Of a stretch of 64,000 nucleotides of DNA, positions 40,301 through 51,200 are shown in pieces. Both the position numbers and the translations under genes were made by a program. How positions within the stretch are numbered: the stretch's first letter is position 1; each line of letters begins with the position of its first letter. Below the pieces are notes generated by a model. That model did not search any database and was not told where the DNA came from. It was given only the letters and a program-made list of their open reading frames with translations. Source of the stretch: Marsupella aquatica (lineage: Eukaryota; Plantae; Marchantiophyta); contig OZ316895.1 of assembly GCA_973895155.1 (NCBI GenBank), positions 14,762,816 to 14,826,815 of the forward strand, read 5' to 3'.

Positions 40301-43300
40301 AGTGCTCACTTCCAGAGTATTTGTTGGTGAGTAGAAATCCAATACGAGTCCAGAACAGAGATGCTGACTGCGCATGCATAGCGATTTCAAGGAGATCTCT
40401 AGTAATGGATTGCCTGACATTGACCAATGAAGGTTGTGCCTCTAGTGCATGAATTGGGGTAGAAAGGTTCGTACGGGAAGAGGCAAAATCCTTAGTTCTT
40501 TTCCTTTCGAAACGAATTCCCTTATACGTCGCGGAGAGTCTCTGTATGACACACATGCGAGGGCGTCAGACGTGAAAGGAAGCAATACACAACATTTGCT
40601 TCTAATGACCGCATTGCCCGCGGGAAACAGCTGCGGAAAGGTCCTTACGCGAGATTAGAGGCGGGTTCCCATGTGTCATCGGATGGACCATAACCTTTCC
40701 ATCTCACCTGTAAACCAATTCGACCCGTCAGGAAGATATTGACTACAGAACCGGTAAACTCTCAATGCGGCAAACGAAGATTTGCACAGCATCTGAAAGA
40801 CATATACAGATTCAATGGGACGAGCTAACGCACCTTGTACTCAATACCCACAGCAGAGGTGTTCTGCCTTTCGACATAGGCCATTGACTTCGCATTATGC
40901 AACTTCAACTCCAGCTTCGACGCATTTGCGAATCGGATGCCGAGGATTTTCTCAACTTCGTACTGATCGTTGCCTAGCGACCCACCATCATGATCACTCT
41001 CACTCTCACTTTCATCGTCATCTTCGTCACTGCTATACTTTTGGCACAATTTGTGCCATTCTCTAATCAATGCCAAAAAGTCCTCAGCTGACTCGTTGCG
41101 AACCTGGAACGAATTGTTTGATCCATGAAAAATCAGTACTGCTGTAGGTAGTCTTCGGAAAATCAATGCATTCCAATGAGTCCAACTGTCAGAACACAGA
41201 ACATGGCGCGCTCAGATCGTTACATCCCGGGAGATTATGATCTTATCACGGCTTAAATTCGAAGCAAGAATCATACCGCACACGGAAAGTTGTTGGTAAA
41301 GTTCATGAAATTCTTTAGAGAACAGGAATGAATAGTATCGCATACAAAACAGAAGTAGGATTTTATGACATCGAGAAAGACAGAAGGTAGTGAAGAGGTA
41401 AATAGTCACAAGGAGTTCAATCTGCTCATATTGTTCCGTAATGATGAAAGGTGGCAATCTCGTAAGATTTAAACAGAAGGTACTTCAGAAAGATCTACCT
41501 CATAAGAAATCAACAGAAGGATATAGATAACGTTAACAACGGACATGAAGTACAATGCACCTCAGTCTCGGGGTGATTGTGCTTCAGACTGGTACACGCA
41601 TACTCGTTGAGATCCACCGCCCACCTCTGCCCACCACATACAATGTTAACTGTTATTTCTTGTCCTTCAAATTTAGAATAAAGAGAACTGCACTCCAGCA
41701 GGAATACCGACGTGCATTACGTAGCTAAAACTGAACAGAAAACTCGATTCAGCGTGATACAGATTACGCTGCGAAATTGAGGGATGAACAAACTGTCATA
41801 CTGTCTCCAAGAGGAAATGGACAGAAAGCATGAACAGGCGCGCTTACCGACACGAGACTTGCACCAGTCAATTGGGCTCCCATGGATAGTCCTGTGGACA
41901 TCGCTCCACAGCCGCTGTACAGATCAAGTAAAGACAGCTCCGGACCACGTTCAGGAGATTTTGGAATTTCAGGGCTTATCTTGACACGCCCTGCGCTTTT
42001 CCCCTTCTTTCTTGCACTGCTGGGCTTAGAACCGGCTTTGGCAGAGGTAGTCTCCTCGCTGCTCTCTACGGTGGACATCTCACCGCTGGTGTCTGCCACA
42101 ACATCTTTGGTTGACAGCGGCAGATAACATTAATTTGCTGACACCTGACCATCCTCACAATAACGCCTACCTGAACAGAGAGGAACGTCATGCAGTAAAT
42201 CGAGACAGAGATGATGAACTGACCCAGAGTAGTGCTAGCTTGACCACAAACCAGGATAGACATCTTATCAACGTCATCGATCTGAACAGAAAGTGTAATG
42301 TTGCTGTCATGCCCCAAACCTTGGCGACATTGTCCTCACCTTCAGGCAGCTCATAGAAAGTCGAGTACGCAGGGTCATAGCCCATATCATAGTAGAAGTC
42401 GCACCGAGGGACAATCCACTTCGTCATCTTGAATCTCGGCTGAAAATGCAAATAGTCGAGTGCAGCCCATACATCACTTCAGAGTCCAGAACAACCGTCA
42501 TAAAATATCGAGAAAAGACTGAGCAGGAAAACTAAATCAAAACCATTACAGCAGTCCTCGTTTAAGGCAGTCGGACGACGACTGATCTTTCACTCACCGG
42601 AACTGGTACTCGGATCACCTTTTTCTTTTCGACTACACATTCCAACAGATTGTCGTCCGAATCCTTCGAGAGAAAAACCCGCTGGTGATCATGAACCAAT
42701 CCATCTGACCCGAGAGCCTACATTCAGAGAATGTCTTGCTCCGTTACAATACGACTATAGTCATCTTGAAGACAGAAGAGTCCGCTAAACAGCGGGATTT
42801 ATAGTCTGCAACTTTCTCGTCTGAGACAAGACTTATCGAAGACATTGAAAGATAACATACACCATGGAAAGACTCAAATGCGACTCTGGAATGTTTCCCT
42901 GTATCTAGTATACCGGGAGAGGCTTGTCTGTAAGAAGATAAGCATACTACCAATCACATTCAATTTCGCAGAGTTTGGGTTGATGTTTAAGGTATAAGAT
43001 TTTAACCATTAATGTGGCAAAGAGACAGGAATCCTTGGGACAAGACCAGAAGCAGTAGCAGTAGCAGTAGCAATTCAGAAGTGACTAGCAATTCAGAAGT
43101 GACAACACTGAGATAGCATCGACACCTGAGTCAAATGCAAATAATGATCTTGCGAAAGTGCCGGGCTATCCGTACCGTATCCTCGGCTCGAAAGAACCAC
43201 TGGACTCTGACCCACTTGCTATGGTCAGTGAGCTCAAAAAGCTCGAGTATCCTCCCCAAGTAATCGGATCCACCATCACTCTACACAGTTGTTAAAGAGA

Positions 43301-44874
43301 AGACAATTGCCCCCAAGGTGCACGGCGTTAGACCGCAAGCATGTCAGCTATATCATAATGTCAAAAACTGTCAAGTTCAACCAAACTCCGAATGCCGGTT
43401 AAATCACGGCTCCAACGGTGAGATTGCGTACTATTGGTACACACATTCTGCGAACGGAGTTGTTGCAATATGAACTGAAGACAAATTGATACGTACATTT
43501 ACGTGCACACATTCACCAAGTTCGTATGTTTGGTGGTCCACTTCAGCACGTGAGTAATGAGCGAGACATTCAGGCTCATCAACGTCACTGCGTACAGAAG
43601 TAAGGTGCATATCTCTCAAAGCTGCATTCGTAGTACTAGGCAGTTCTGACAACCCCTTTCCGGGAAAATCCTCAAAATGCAAGATCGAACATAGTACAAT
43701 TGGACCTCAATTATTCTCTTCTAAAGACCCTGGACCGGCGTATTGCTTCCAGAATGCATTGAAATAACAGAGGGCTGAGAATGCACTAAACTCAGAAATA
43801 TGCACCGAGTTGCAATGCCAATTTTCAGTTCCAAGGTTAACATGCATAGACATTTCAAATGGCCTCTATCGCTAAGGTTGGTACGTTCTGGATAACAAAA
43901 AAATAAGCAGACGCAGTCACTACTTTCTCATCGAAAATCGCACTACGAAGATAGAGGATGGGCAGGCACGTAGAACAAAACTTACTCATTGGAATTCTTC
44001 CTTTTGTGTAGAGTATCACCATTCAAAGTAGCCTGCTTTCAGAGAATCAAAGAACATACTTCAGGATGAGCCTTACCAATTTTGTCAACGAACAACACTA
44101 AGGAGGCCAAGAGAACCTACCAATGATATTACCTGACAGCAGAAGACGTGCAAAAGAGCAAAAGGCAATTACTGGAAGCTTTCTTCTAGCTAGAGCACGA
44201 AGTCATATGAAACCTGAATTAGCAAAACTAACAAGGGACGAAAAGCAAAACTGGAGTACAATCCGGAAAGTATGAGTTTACATGAGGTACCAGATAAGTA
44301 TATTAATTTTCTAAATTTGATTTATGGTCCATTGAAGAATTGGCAAACGAGCAAGAGTGAGCTCGAAAAGGTGAAAAAACCACCGCAATTCCCAAATTCT
44401 CTCCGTGAACTTAGAGTATCGATCAGAGCAGAGGAAGAATACCTTCGTGTTTGACTTCTTTGGATAGCGGTGAGGCCATCGGCGGATGGCTTCAGCTCTA
44501 GAGAATGGCTTTCCTAGTAAGCGGCAAGTCAAGGTGACGCGAGCATTTTTCGAGGGTGACGATGAAGGCTCCTTGTACGGAACCAAAGCACCCTTTCTGT
44601 TCCCCGCTTTCTCTCTTCTGCCAGAGCCTTCTTTCTCATGCTCATCACATTCTTCAAACGATCCTTCTTCCGCAGAGTTCTCGGAGACCACCTCCGAATC
44701 AGTTCTATCCGGTATAACATTCCTCAACGACTTGCCTCTGTAAGCAGAGGCCTTCTCCCGAACAACTTTCGGCTTCTTACTTGATCGAGAATTATTATTA
44801 GCGGAGGGAGAGTCCGACTTATCGTCGCTAGCTTCGACGGAGGACGATAGAGCTCTCTTCGATCTCGTTCCCAT
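37332..44874 (-). CDS. CMT: Chromomethylase (BAH, chromodomain and C5 DNA methyltransferase), multi-exon
   Basis: BAH region ([27 protein letters not shown]), motif [16 protein letters not shown], chromodomain YEVEKILG...[16 protein letters not shown], motif [13 protein letters not shown], motif VI MENVVD, motif [25 protein letters not shown] and motif [15 protein letters not shown] at 37332. An alternative in-frame ATG lies at 44886. Confidence 0.96.
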
Positions 44875-45117
44875 TATGGAGCACATAAAACTGCCCCCGA
44901 AAACGAGTAAGCCCCGCACGCCCTGTGAGAGCGAAAATACCGAGAGTAGCTCTGACCAGCATGTGTCACAATGTCACGCTGCCACACTGGCTGAACGCTG
45001 ACAAGAGACCAAAAGACGAGAATGGGACCAACCACCCTTTAGCAATGGAGCAACCATAAACCGAAGCAGCTCTAAAAAATTGCCCTCCGAAGGTCAATGT
45101 TCAAAACTGAGCTCGAC

Positions 45118-45288
45118 TATCGGATGGAAAGCTCCATTGAACAGCAACGAAAGACAATGTCTTCTGGTCTCTTGCCTGTTACAAGGTCACACGCCGCATT
45201 CCCGAGCGTCTATCAGATGGAAGGCTCCATAGAACACTGTCTTTTTGTCTCTTGCCTGTCACAATGTCACACGCCGCATTCCCGAGCG
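45118..45288. repeat. Diverged ~80-bp duplication in the CMT 5' region
   Basis: Two copies of tatc.gatggaa.gctccat.gaaca...tctcttgcctgt.acaa.gtcacacgccgcattcccgagcg. Confidence 0.85.
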
Positions 45289-45786
45289 AAGCGAGGGCCC
45301 TCGCTCACAAAATTGCTGTCTATCCGTCCGCAGAAAGAAATCGCACGGGACAGGGGAAGAAACCGGTCGAGATTCGTAAATTTTCCAAGCTGCTTGTTAG
45401 AGCACATGACACCCAAAACAGACTGTCTCTGACCGACACTACCCGCTAAGATTGCTCCGCGGAGCTTTCAACCAAATGCGTCAATCTGACCTCGTTAGGA
45501 ACGAATTGACGAATCAATCCAGCGCTCAAGCGGCTCAAACGAGAGAAGGAGATCGAGAGGTGAAGCTCATGCAGCACCAACAACACAACATCAGTGAAGC
45601 TGCTTCAACTCCGATTGCGCCCGCGCTGCATTTCTTGCTTCTGCTGCTGCTCCCCGTCGCAGCCTTCCTCTGTGGCCATGTGGCCAGACCTCTCTCGGAC
45701 CTCTCGCCGCTCTCGTTGCCCGCCCGCCCGCGCGCCTCCGGATGCTGCGCGACGCAGTGGGAATCGCGCGAGCGGGGAGCTCCACA

Positions 45787-45838
45787 GGGCCCAATTCGAT
45801 TCAAAACCAAACCATTTTCCCGCCTTGGAAAGGCCCAC
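45787..45838 (-). promoter_or_regulatory. Candidate CMT proximal promoter: E2F site, CHR-like TTTGAA and two site II motifs
   Basis: TTTCCCGCC at 45816-45824. On the minus strand GGCGGGAAAA is followed by TTTTGAAT (45799-45806). TGGGCC motifs lie at ~45789-45793 and ~45832-45837. Confidence 0.55.
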
Positions 45839-46163
45839 CCCACTACCGAGAACGTCGCCAGCTGATGAGCCCGATTCCATACAGGACAGTCATCGCAAAA
45901 CCAAAATTAAATAGTGGTGCTCGTGAGATTACAATCTACGATTGTGGTGCATTGCTGTACACTGCCCGCCCCAACATCCGTGCGTGTAATCAGTAACGCC
46001 TTCCAGGACGAATGACATTGTGTGCTGTAACGCCCCACACACCTAGGGCTTCAGCCCAAGTTTTTCGGGGCCATTACTGTCCTTTGTGATAGGGAGCTAA
46101 TCAGCTAATAAATAGCTAATAATGTATAGAGTAATGGTACTCCCATGGATCATTAGAGCAATA

Positions 46164-47860
46164 GAGCATCTCCAGGGGTTTGGAGTTAGCTCGCCGTTGT
46201 CCCCATCGTATAACGGAGAGTATGGCGGTTGCCAAAATAGCAAGTGCCAAGACCTTTGTGCGATTCCCAACGGTGACCCCCAATTCTGATCTCCACACTC
46301 TGACCACACGTATGAACTAGGCCCCATGCGTAATATGATGTTCAACGTGCAATAGAGAAGCCCGTCTGCGAGAGAGAAGTCAAGGCGGGAGTTGAAGTCC
46401 TGCTGAAGAACCAGATGCGCCAGCATACACATGTTGCAGCAGGCGCATCAATTTTTTGTGTTTTGTGTTGCATGTGTGCCTTAATATCAATGCAAGCTCA
46501 TTGAAGCGACCTTCAATCAGCTTGTGTGATTTGAATCGGAATAAAATTCAGTTTGACCACGAGTGTATTATATCTGTTCAATGGAGCAACTGTAAAGATG
46601 GTTGGCGGATCTTGATGAAGAATTCAAAGAGGAGGAGGCCGAATGGGATGAGGAACAAAGATTTTGGGAGTTGATGATGCTCAGTGGACCCCTTGCTGCT
46701 ACAAATTTGGCCAGGCACACCAGAAAAAGAAAGCACGGAGGGTCTAGGCCAGGCAGGAGTGAGAATGTGGAAAGGCGTAGAGAAAATGGGGCAGAAGACC
46801 TCTAGAATGATTATTTTTTGCTAGTCCAACCTATGACGAGTTGACATTTCAGAGGAGATTCAGAATGAGTAGCAGTTTGTTTAGCAAAATTCTTGTTGAT
46901 GTGTGTGCACATGACACTTACTTTTGCCTAAAGGTTGATGCTGCAGGGAAAGTAGGCTTGTCTCCACATCAAAAGTTGACTGCAGCATTGAGGCAATTAG
47001 CTTATGGAACTGGGGCGGATGGTTTGGACGAGTATTCTAGAATTGGTGAAAGCACAACATTGGAGTCTCTATATCGCTTTATGAAAGCCATCAGAGAGTT
47101 GTATGAGAGTCACTATTTGAGGAAGCCAATTGTTGGAGATTTCAGAATCACCTTCAAATTAATGTAGATAGAGGTTTTCCAGGTATGTTTGGCTCATTGG
47201 ATTGCATGCACTAGGCATGGAAGAATTGCCCTGTTGCTTGGCAAGGCCAATACACTAGCAAGGACAAGAATAAGTCCATCATCATGGAAGCCATTGATCA
47301 AGAATTGTGGATTTGGCATGTCTTTTTTGGACTGGCTGGGGAAACAAAGATCTCAACGTCCTTGACAGCTCACCACTTCTAAATGAATGGTTGTGTAATG
47401 ATTCAGCCAATGTCAGTTTCCATGTGAATGGTACAGAGTACAAACGAGCTTATCTTTTGGTTGATGGAATTCATCCTGAGTGGTCTATGTTCATATCCAC
47501 TGTGCACATGCCACAATCTGAGGAGTTGAAGCATTTTGCAAGGTGCCAAGAAGCAACAATGAAGGAGGTGGGGAGGGCTTTTGGCGTACTCCAAGCTAGA
47601 TTTGAGATAGTGAAGAGGCCTATACGGTCTTGGTATGAAAAACATTGTTAACATTTTGCTTGCATGTGTCATCCTTCACAATATGATTATTGAGGAAGAA
47701 ATGGATGATAATTTCCCTCCATATGTAAATGTTGGTGCTGCAAGAGTTAACAGAGTAAATCTGCCGTGGTTGGAGTTCCTTGCTCCAACAGCTGAAATTC
47801 ACAACAAGGCCAACCATTTTCGTCTAAGAAATGACATTGTTGACTACCTTTGGAGTTGAA
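46164..47860 (+). mobile_element. PIF/Harbinger transposon, left part
   Basis: Tourist/Harbinger-type terminus GAGCATCTCCA at 46164, followed by a transposase pseudogene. The right TIR was not found. Confidence 0.7.
46581..47859 (+). pseudogene. PIF/Harbinger (HARBI1/ALP1-like) DDE transposase pseudogene
   Basis: FQRRFRMSSSLF, DAAGKVGLSPHQKLTAALRQLAYG, GFPGMFGSLDCMH*AWKNCPVAWQGQY, DLNVLDSSPL, YLLVDGIHPEW, EVGRAFGVLQARF and ACVILHNMIIE, with TGG>TAG stops and frameshifts. Confidence 0.92.
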
Positions 47861-49178
47861 GAGGGTCTGGCCTTTCTGACCATTGATAGTCAAGTGAGTG
47901 TTCGAGTACCAAACTTGCAACTTGCGAGAAAAGTTTTGGTTTCTCAAATTTTAAGTACATTAAGAGCTGGTAGAAGACTTGTTTGAGTTGTTTGAGTTAC
48001 AGCAGTATTTCTTTGATTATGATCACCTCGTCAGAACACTTGGTCTTGTTTTCTGAAATTATGTTTTATTTTGAGACTGTGTTGCCTGGAAAGAACATGG
48101 CGGTGTAGTCGGGTCAAATAATGGAGGAGGGGAAGAAAGAAACCTTATTTTTGAGTTGAAGATGCTTGGTGGTGGTTTGTGTTTTAGAAGAGGTTTAAGT
48201 TGAAGAAGATACTGCAGTAAGACAAAAGAGGAATGAACAAATTTTGGCTACTTTAATTGTGGTGCGTCCCATGGCTCCCTAAACCCAAGAAACCCCCCAG
48301 CTCAAGCCGATTCCCGCAGGTTTCGTGCTTGGCGAGGCCGTTTCCGCGGCTTAGCGGCATGGGACGCTGCTAACCTTCTACTACTACTATTAACATTTTA
48401 CACACATATACTGGAAAGATCCTTCATCGGGTCATGAGATACGTAGCCGGCCTAATATAGGCCTTCCCCTGTCTTCCCCTGTCTTCCCCTCTGTCTTGTT
48501 AGGTATGTTTGGATTCCGCCGCCGGAATGATCCCCAATAGGCTTGGTTAAGCCGCTAAGACCTCTCTCAGCTCGACACATCCACCTCTCACTCCCCTGCT
48601 TACTTTCCTTCCTTCTGTTGATGTGGGCACTCTTCACACAAGTTAATGCGACACACAAATAGCAAAATAACTCATTCTGACTGAGTCATACCATGCACTT
48701 GCCATACAAACAGTACATCTCATACACAAGTTCTGCGAACTAAGCCGTGAGGCCAACTCTATTCAGCTCTTAGGCATGAGGAAACATGAATATACACAAG
48801 GGTCACTGTATGACTAACCGAGAGCTTCTCGTACTACTTGATCCCAGCCCGGCTGGTGCAAACTAAAAACTTGCTAAAGAAGAGGCCCTGAGCTCCCCGC
48901 TGCCCAGGTACTTATCCTGGTAGTGGATCCGCCATTCTTTGCATCGTAAACCTAATCTACCTGACAGTAATCTACTTGCCCGAATCTACCTATGTACAGC
49001 AAGGCAGGAGCACAAGTGTTGCTCCTACCAGTGGGACCGCAATCCCACTAAGCTAAGTGTCAGGGCCGCTCCTGGTTCTGATCCTAATCCTAAACGTGGA
49101 GATCCGCGCCCGCCCTGCCCACTCACGCCTCCTCCCTCCACGTCCGCCCTCCCTAAAAGGAACGGCGCCCTTGCACCG

Positions 49179-51170
49179 TCACGACACCGGTGGTGGATCC
49201 TTAATGGACGCCCCCAACGCTTCCTCCTCAGCCACTGCCGTAGGTTCATTCTCTGATAGATTACCTGCCCTTGACTGAGTCAACTCTCCATCGGCCTGAC
49301 TGGGTCCACCTTCGGCTTCAGCCTCGACACCGGCCTCGGCAATACCCACGGCTTCGGCCTCAGCCACTCCCACGGCTTCGGCTTCAGCCACTCCCTCGGC
49401 TTCGGCCTCCCCTTCCCCTAGGGTAGTTGGATCCTTAGCCGTGACCCTGTCTGGGGTCGGTGCTGGGTCTACCTCCTTGATCACCACGGCCTGTGAAGTC
49501 GTATTACTCCTTGACCCTGAAGGTTTCCGCTTCTTCTTCGTTGGTGGCTCGGCAGCTGGTCCCTTCCCCTTCCCACTTACTTCCGGCACTGGTGCAGGTG
49601 GCGCGGCTTGTCCTTCGACAATTACCACCCCTGGTAACTGGTTTGTCCCAACGGGAGATGGACCTGCTGCAGCTAAGCATTTAAATACTGCGGCTTGTTT
49701 CTTCAGCCGCTCTGTTTGGTTGTCGGCCCGCCGCTGTAGGTTCTCCATCTTCCTCGTGATTTCCTCCAACTCCTCTTGGGTTTCATCCAGGTCCTTACGT
49801 GCCCCCTCCAGCTCGTTTTTGGCCTCCTCCTGCTCCCTGTGGGCTTCCTCCAATTCCTTCTTCAAGGTAGCCCTCTCCTCCCGGGTTGCTCTTAGCTCCT
49901 TGTCGAGCTCTGCAATGATGACAGACTCCATCTGGTTCATCTTGGCGTAAGTCTGTTCGAGCATCTCGTCCTTCTCCCTTAGGTCGGCCTTGAAGTTGGC
50001 CGTCAGGGACGCAAGCTCCTGCTGCAGCGCCATAATCCCTTGATAGGATTTCCCTAACTCGACCTCCTGCTGCTCAAGGGCTCCGCGGATTTTCTCGAGC
50101 TCCCCTTTCAACGCCCATTCCTTTCTTTGGGTCTCCGCCATGGCCCGGCTGTTGGCTGTTATGTGGGCCTCCTCTGTATTCTTCAGCTCTTGCTTCCACT
50201 TCTCCCTCTCTTTGATCGTGTCGGCCAACTCTCCCTGCGTCTGAGTTAGTTTATCATTGATATTCTGATTATCAGCATGCGCGGTGTCCAACTGCCCCTG
50301 CATGATGTTCAGCTCATGTCGTTTAATCCGCAGTTCATCTTGGGCTTTCTTGGCCGCCCTTAGATCTTCAATCTCGGCTTCCATCCTCCTAAGCCGCCGA
50401 ATGACCTCGTCCTTCTTGCTTCTCTCTAAAGCCACCGCTTCTTCTAATTGGTGCTTCTCCAACTGCTCCCTATGGAAAAAGGGTCCTATCTCCAACTCCT
50501 CTCCAAAGATGCCGAGCGCAAGTTCCCCACACATCTCACCATACTCCATGGCTCTATTCTTAGCGTAGGTGGAGTAAGTAGAAGTGATCGGCATCGCCCA
50601 TCGTGGCCTCTGCTCCCAAGCCGTCCTGCGGATCTCTTCAATCGTGGCTAGAGGTTTGCTTCCTTTTTCGGCTAGCCGCCTGATGCCCTCCGACCAATCT
50701 CCTCCTGGTAAATCCTTTTCCTTAGCCAGGGCGGCCTCTTCCTCCTGCTTGATTCGCTCCTGAAATTCCTGCACCGTCTGTTTTATGCCGTCGAAGCTCG
50801 GGGGAGCAACATCTGGTGGGGGAGACTCAGGGCTACTCTGCTGGTTGGGGTCCCCTCGCACTACCCTTGGAAGTGTGGGGACAAACCGGCCACAGGTCCT
50901 TACTCCTGGAACGTGATGGTCCGACCCATAGCCGGAATTATCATGGCTGCAGTCCTCCATTGCCTCCTCTACCTCTTGGACGTCCGGCTTCTCCCTCTCC
51001 TCTTCGTCGGTAGGAGCTTCAGGCAATTCTGCCTCAGATTCGGAGCTTGAGGTTCCCACGTACATTCGAACACCTGGCTTGGATTCCGGCCTGATTCTCT
51101 CCTTGTCTCTAGCAAAGGGGTTTTCTCTTGTGAGCCGGTGTAGGCCTACCTCTGTAGTAGTGTCCTGCAT
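49179..51170 (-). CDS. Element ORF-B: long coiled-coil protein with NLS-like PPTKKKRK; in frame with ORF-A
   Basis: 663-aa open frame with an acidic N-terminus, a long E/K/Q/L-rich heptad region and EAEAVG repeats. Confidence 0.7.
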   Translation of the reverse strand: MQDTTTEVGLHRLTRENPFARDKERIRPESKPGVRMYVGTSSSESEAELPEAPTDEEEREKPDVQEVEEAMEDCSHDNSGYGSDHHVPGVRTCGRFVPTLPRVVRGDPNQQSSPESPPPDVAPPSFDGIKQTVQEFQERIKQEEEAALAKEKDLPGGDWSEGIRRLAEKGSKPLATIEEIRRTAWEQRPRWAMPITSTYSTYAKNRAMEYGEMCGELALGIFGEELEIGPFFHREQLEKHQLEEAVALERSKKDEVIRRLRRMEAEIEDLRAAKKAQDELRIKRHELNIMQGQLDTAHADNQNINDKLTQTQGELADTIKEREKWKQELKNTEEAHITANSRAMAETQRKEWALKGELEKIRGALEQQEVELGKSYQGIMALQQELASLTANFKADLREKDEMLEQTYAKMNQMESVIIAELDKELRATREERATLKKELEEAHREQEEAKNELEGARKDLDETQEELEEITRKMENLQRRADNQTERLKKQAAVFKCLAAAGPSPVGTNQLPGVVIVEGQAAPPAPVPEVSGKGKGPAAEPPTKKKRKPSGSRSNTTSQAVVIKEVDPAPTPDRVTAKDPTTLGEGEAEAEGVAEAEAVGVAEAEAVGIAEAGVEAEAEGGPSQADGELTQSRAGNLSENEPTAVAEEEALGASIKDPPPVS

Positions 51171-51200
51171 TGTTGCCGTTGCCGTTGTTGTTGCCGATGC

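Noticed and set aside
1-44874. Functional gene cluster of SDS22, Pol lambda, LPEAT2, laccase and CMT
   Set aside because: The functions are unrelated, and nothing beyond ordinary eukaryotic gene adjacency links them.
46026-46035. TGTAACGCCC as a gypsy LTR start
   Set aside because: No matching end, second copy or TSD.
48258-48600. Short 322-bp LTR (TGTG...CACA at 48579) with a minus-strand polypurine tract beside it
   Set aside because: No second copy exists in the window, and the TTAAT duplication pairs 48258 with 52917 instead.
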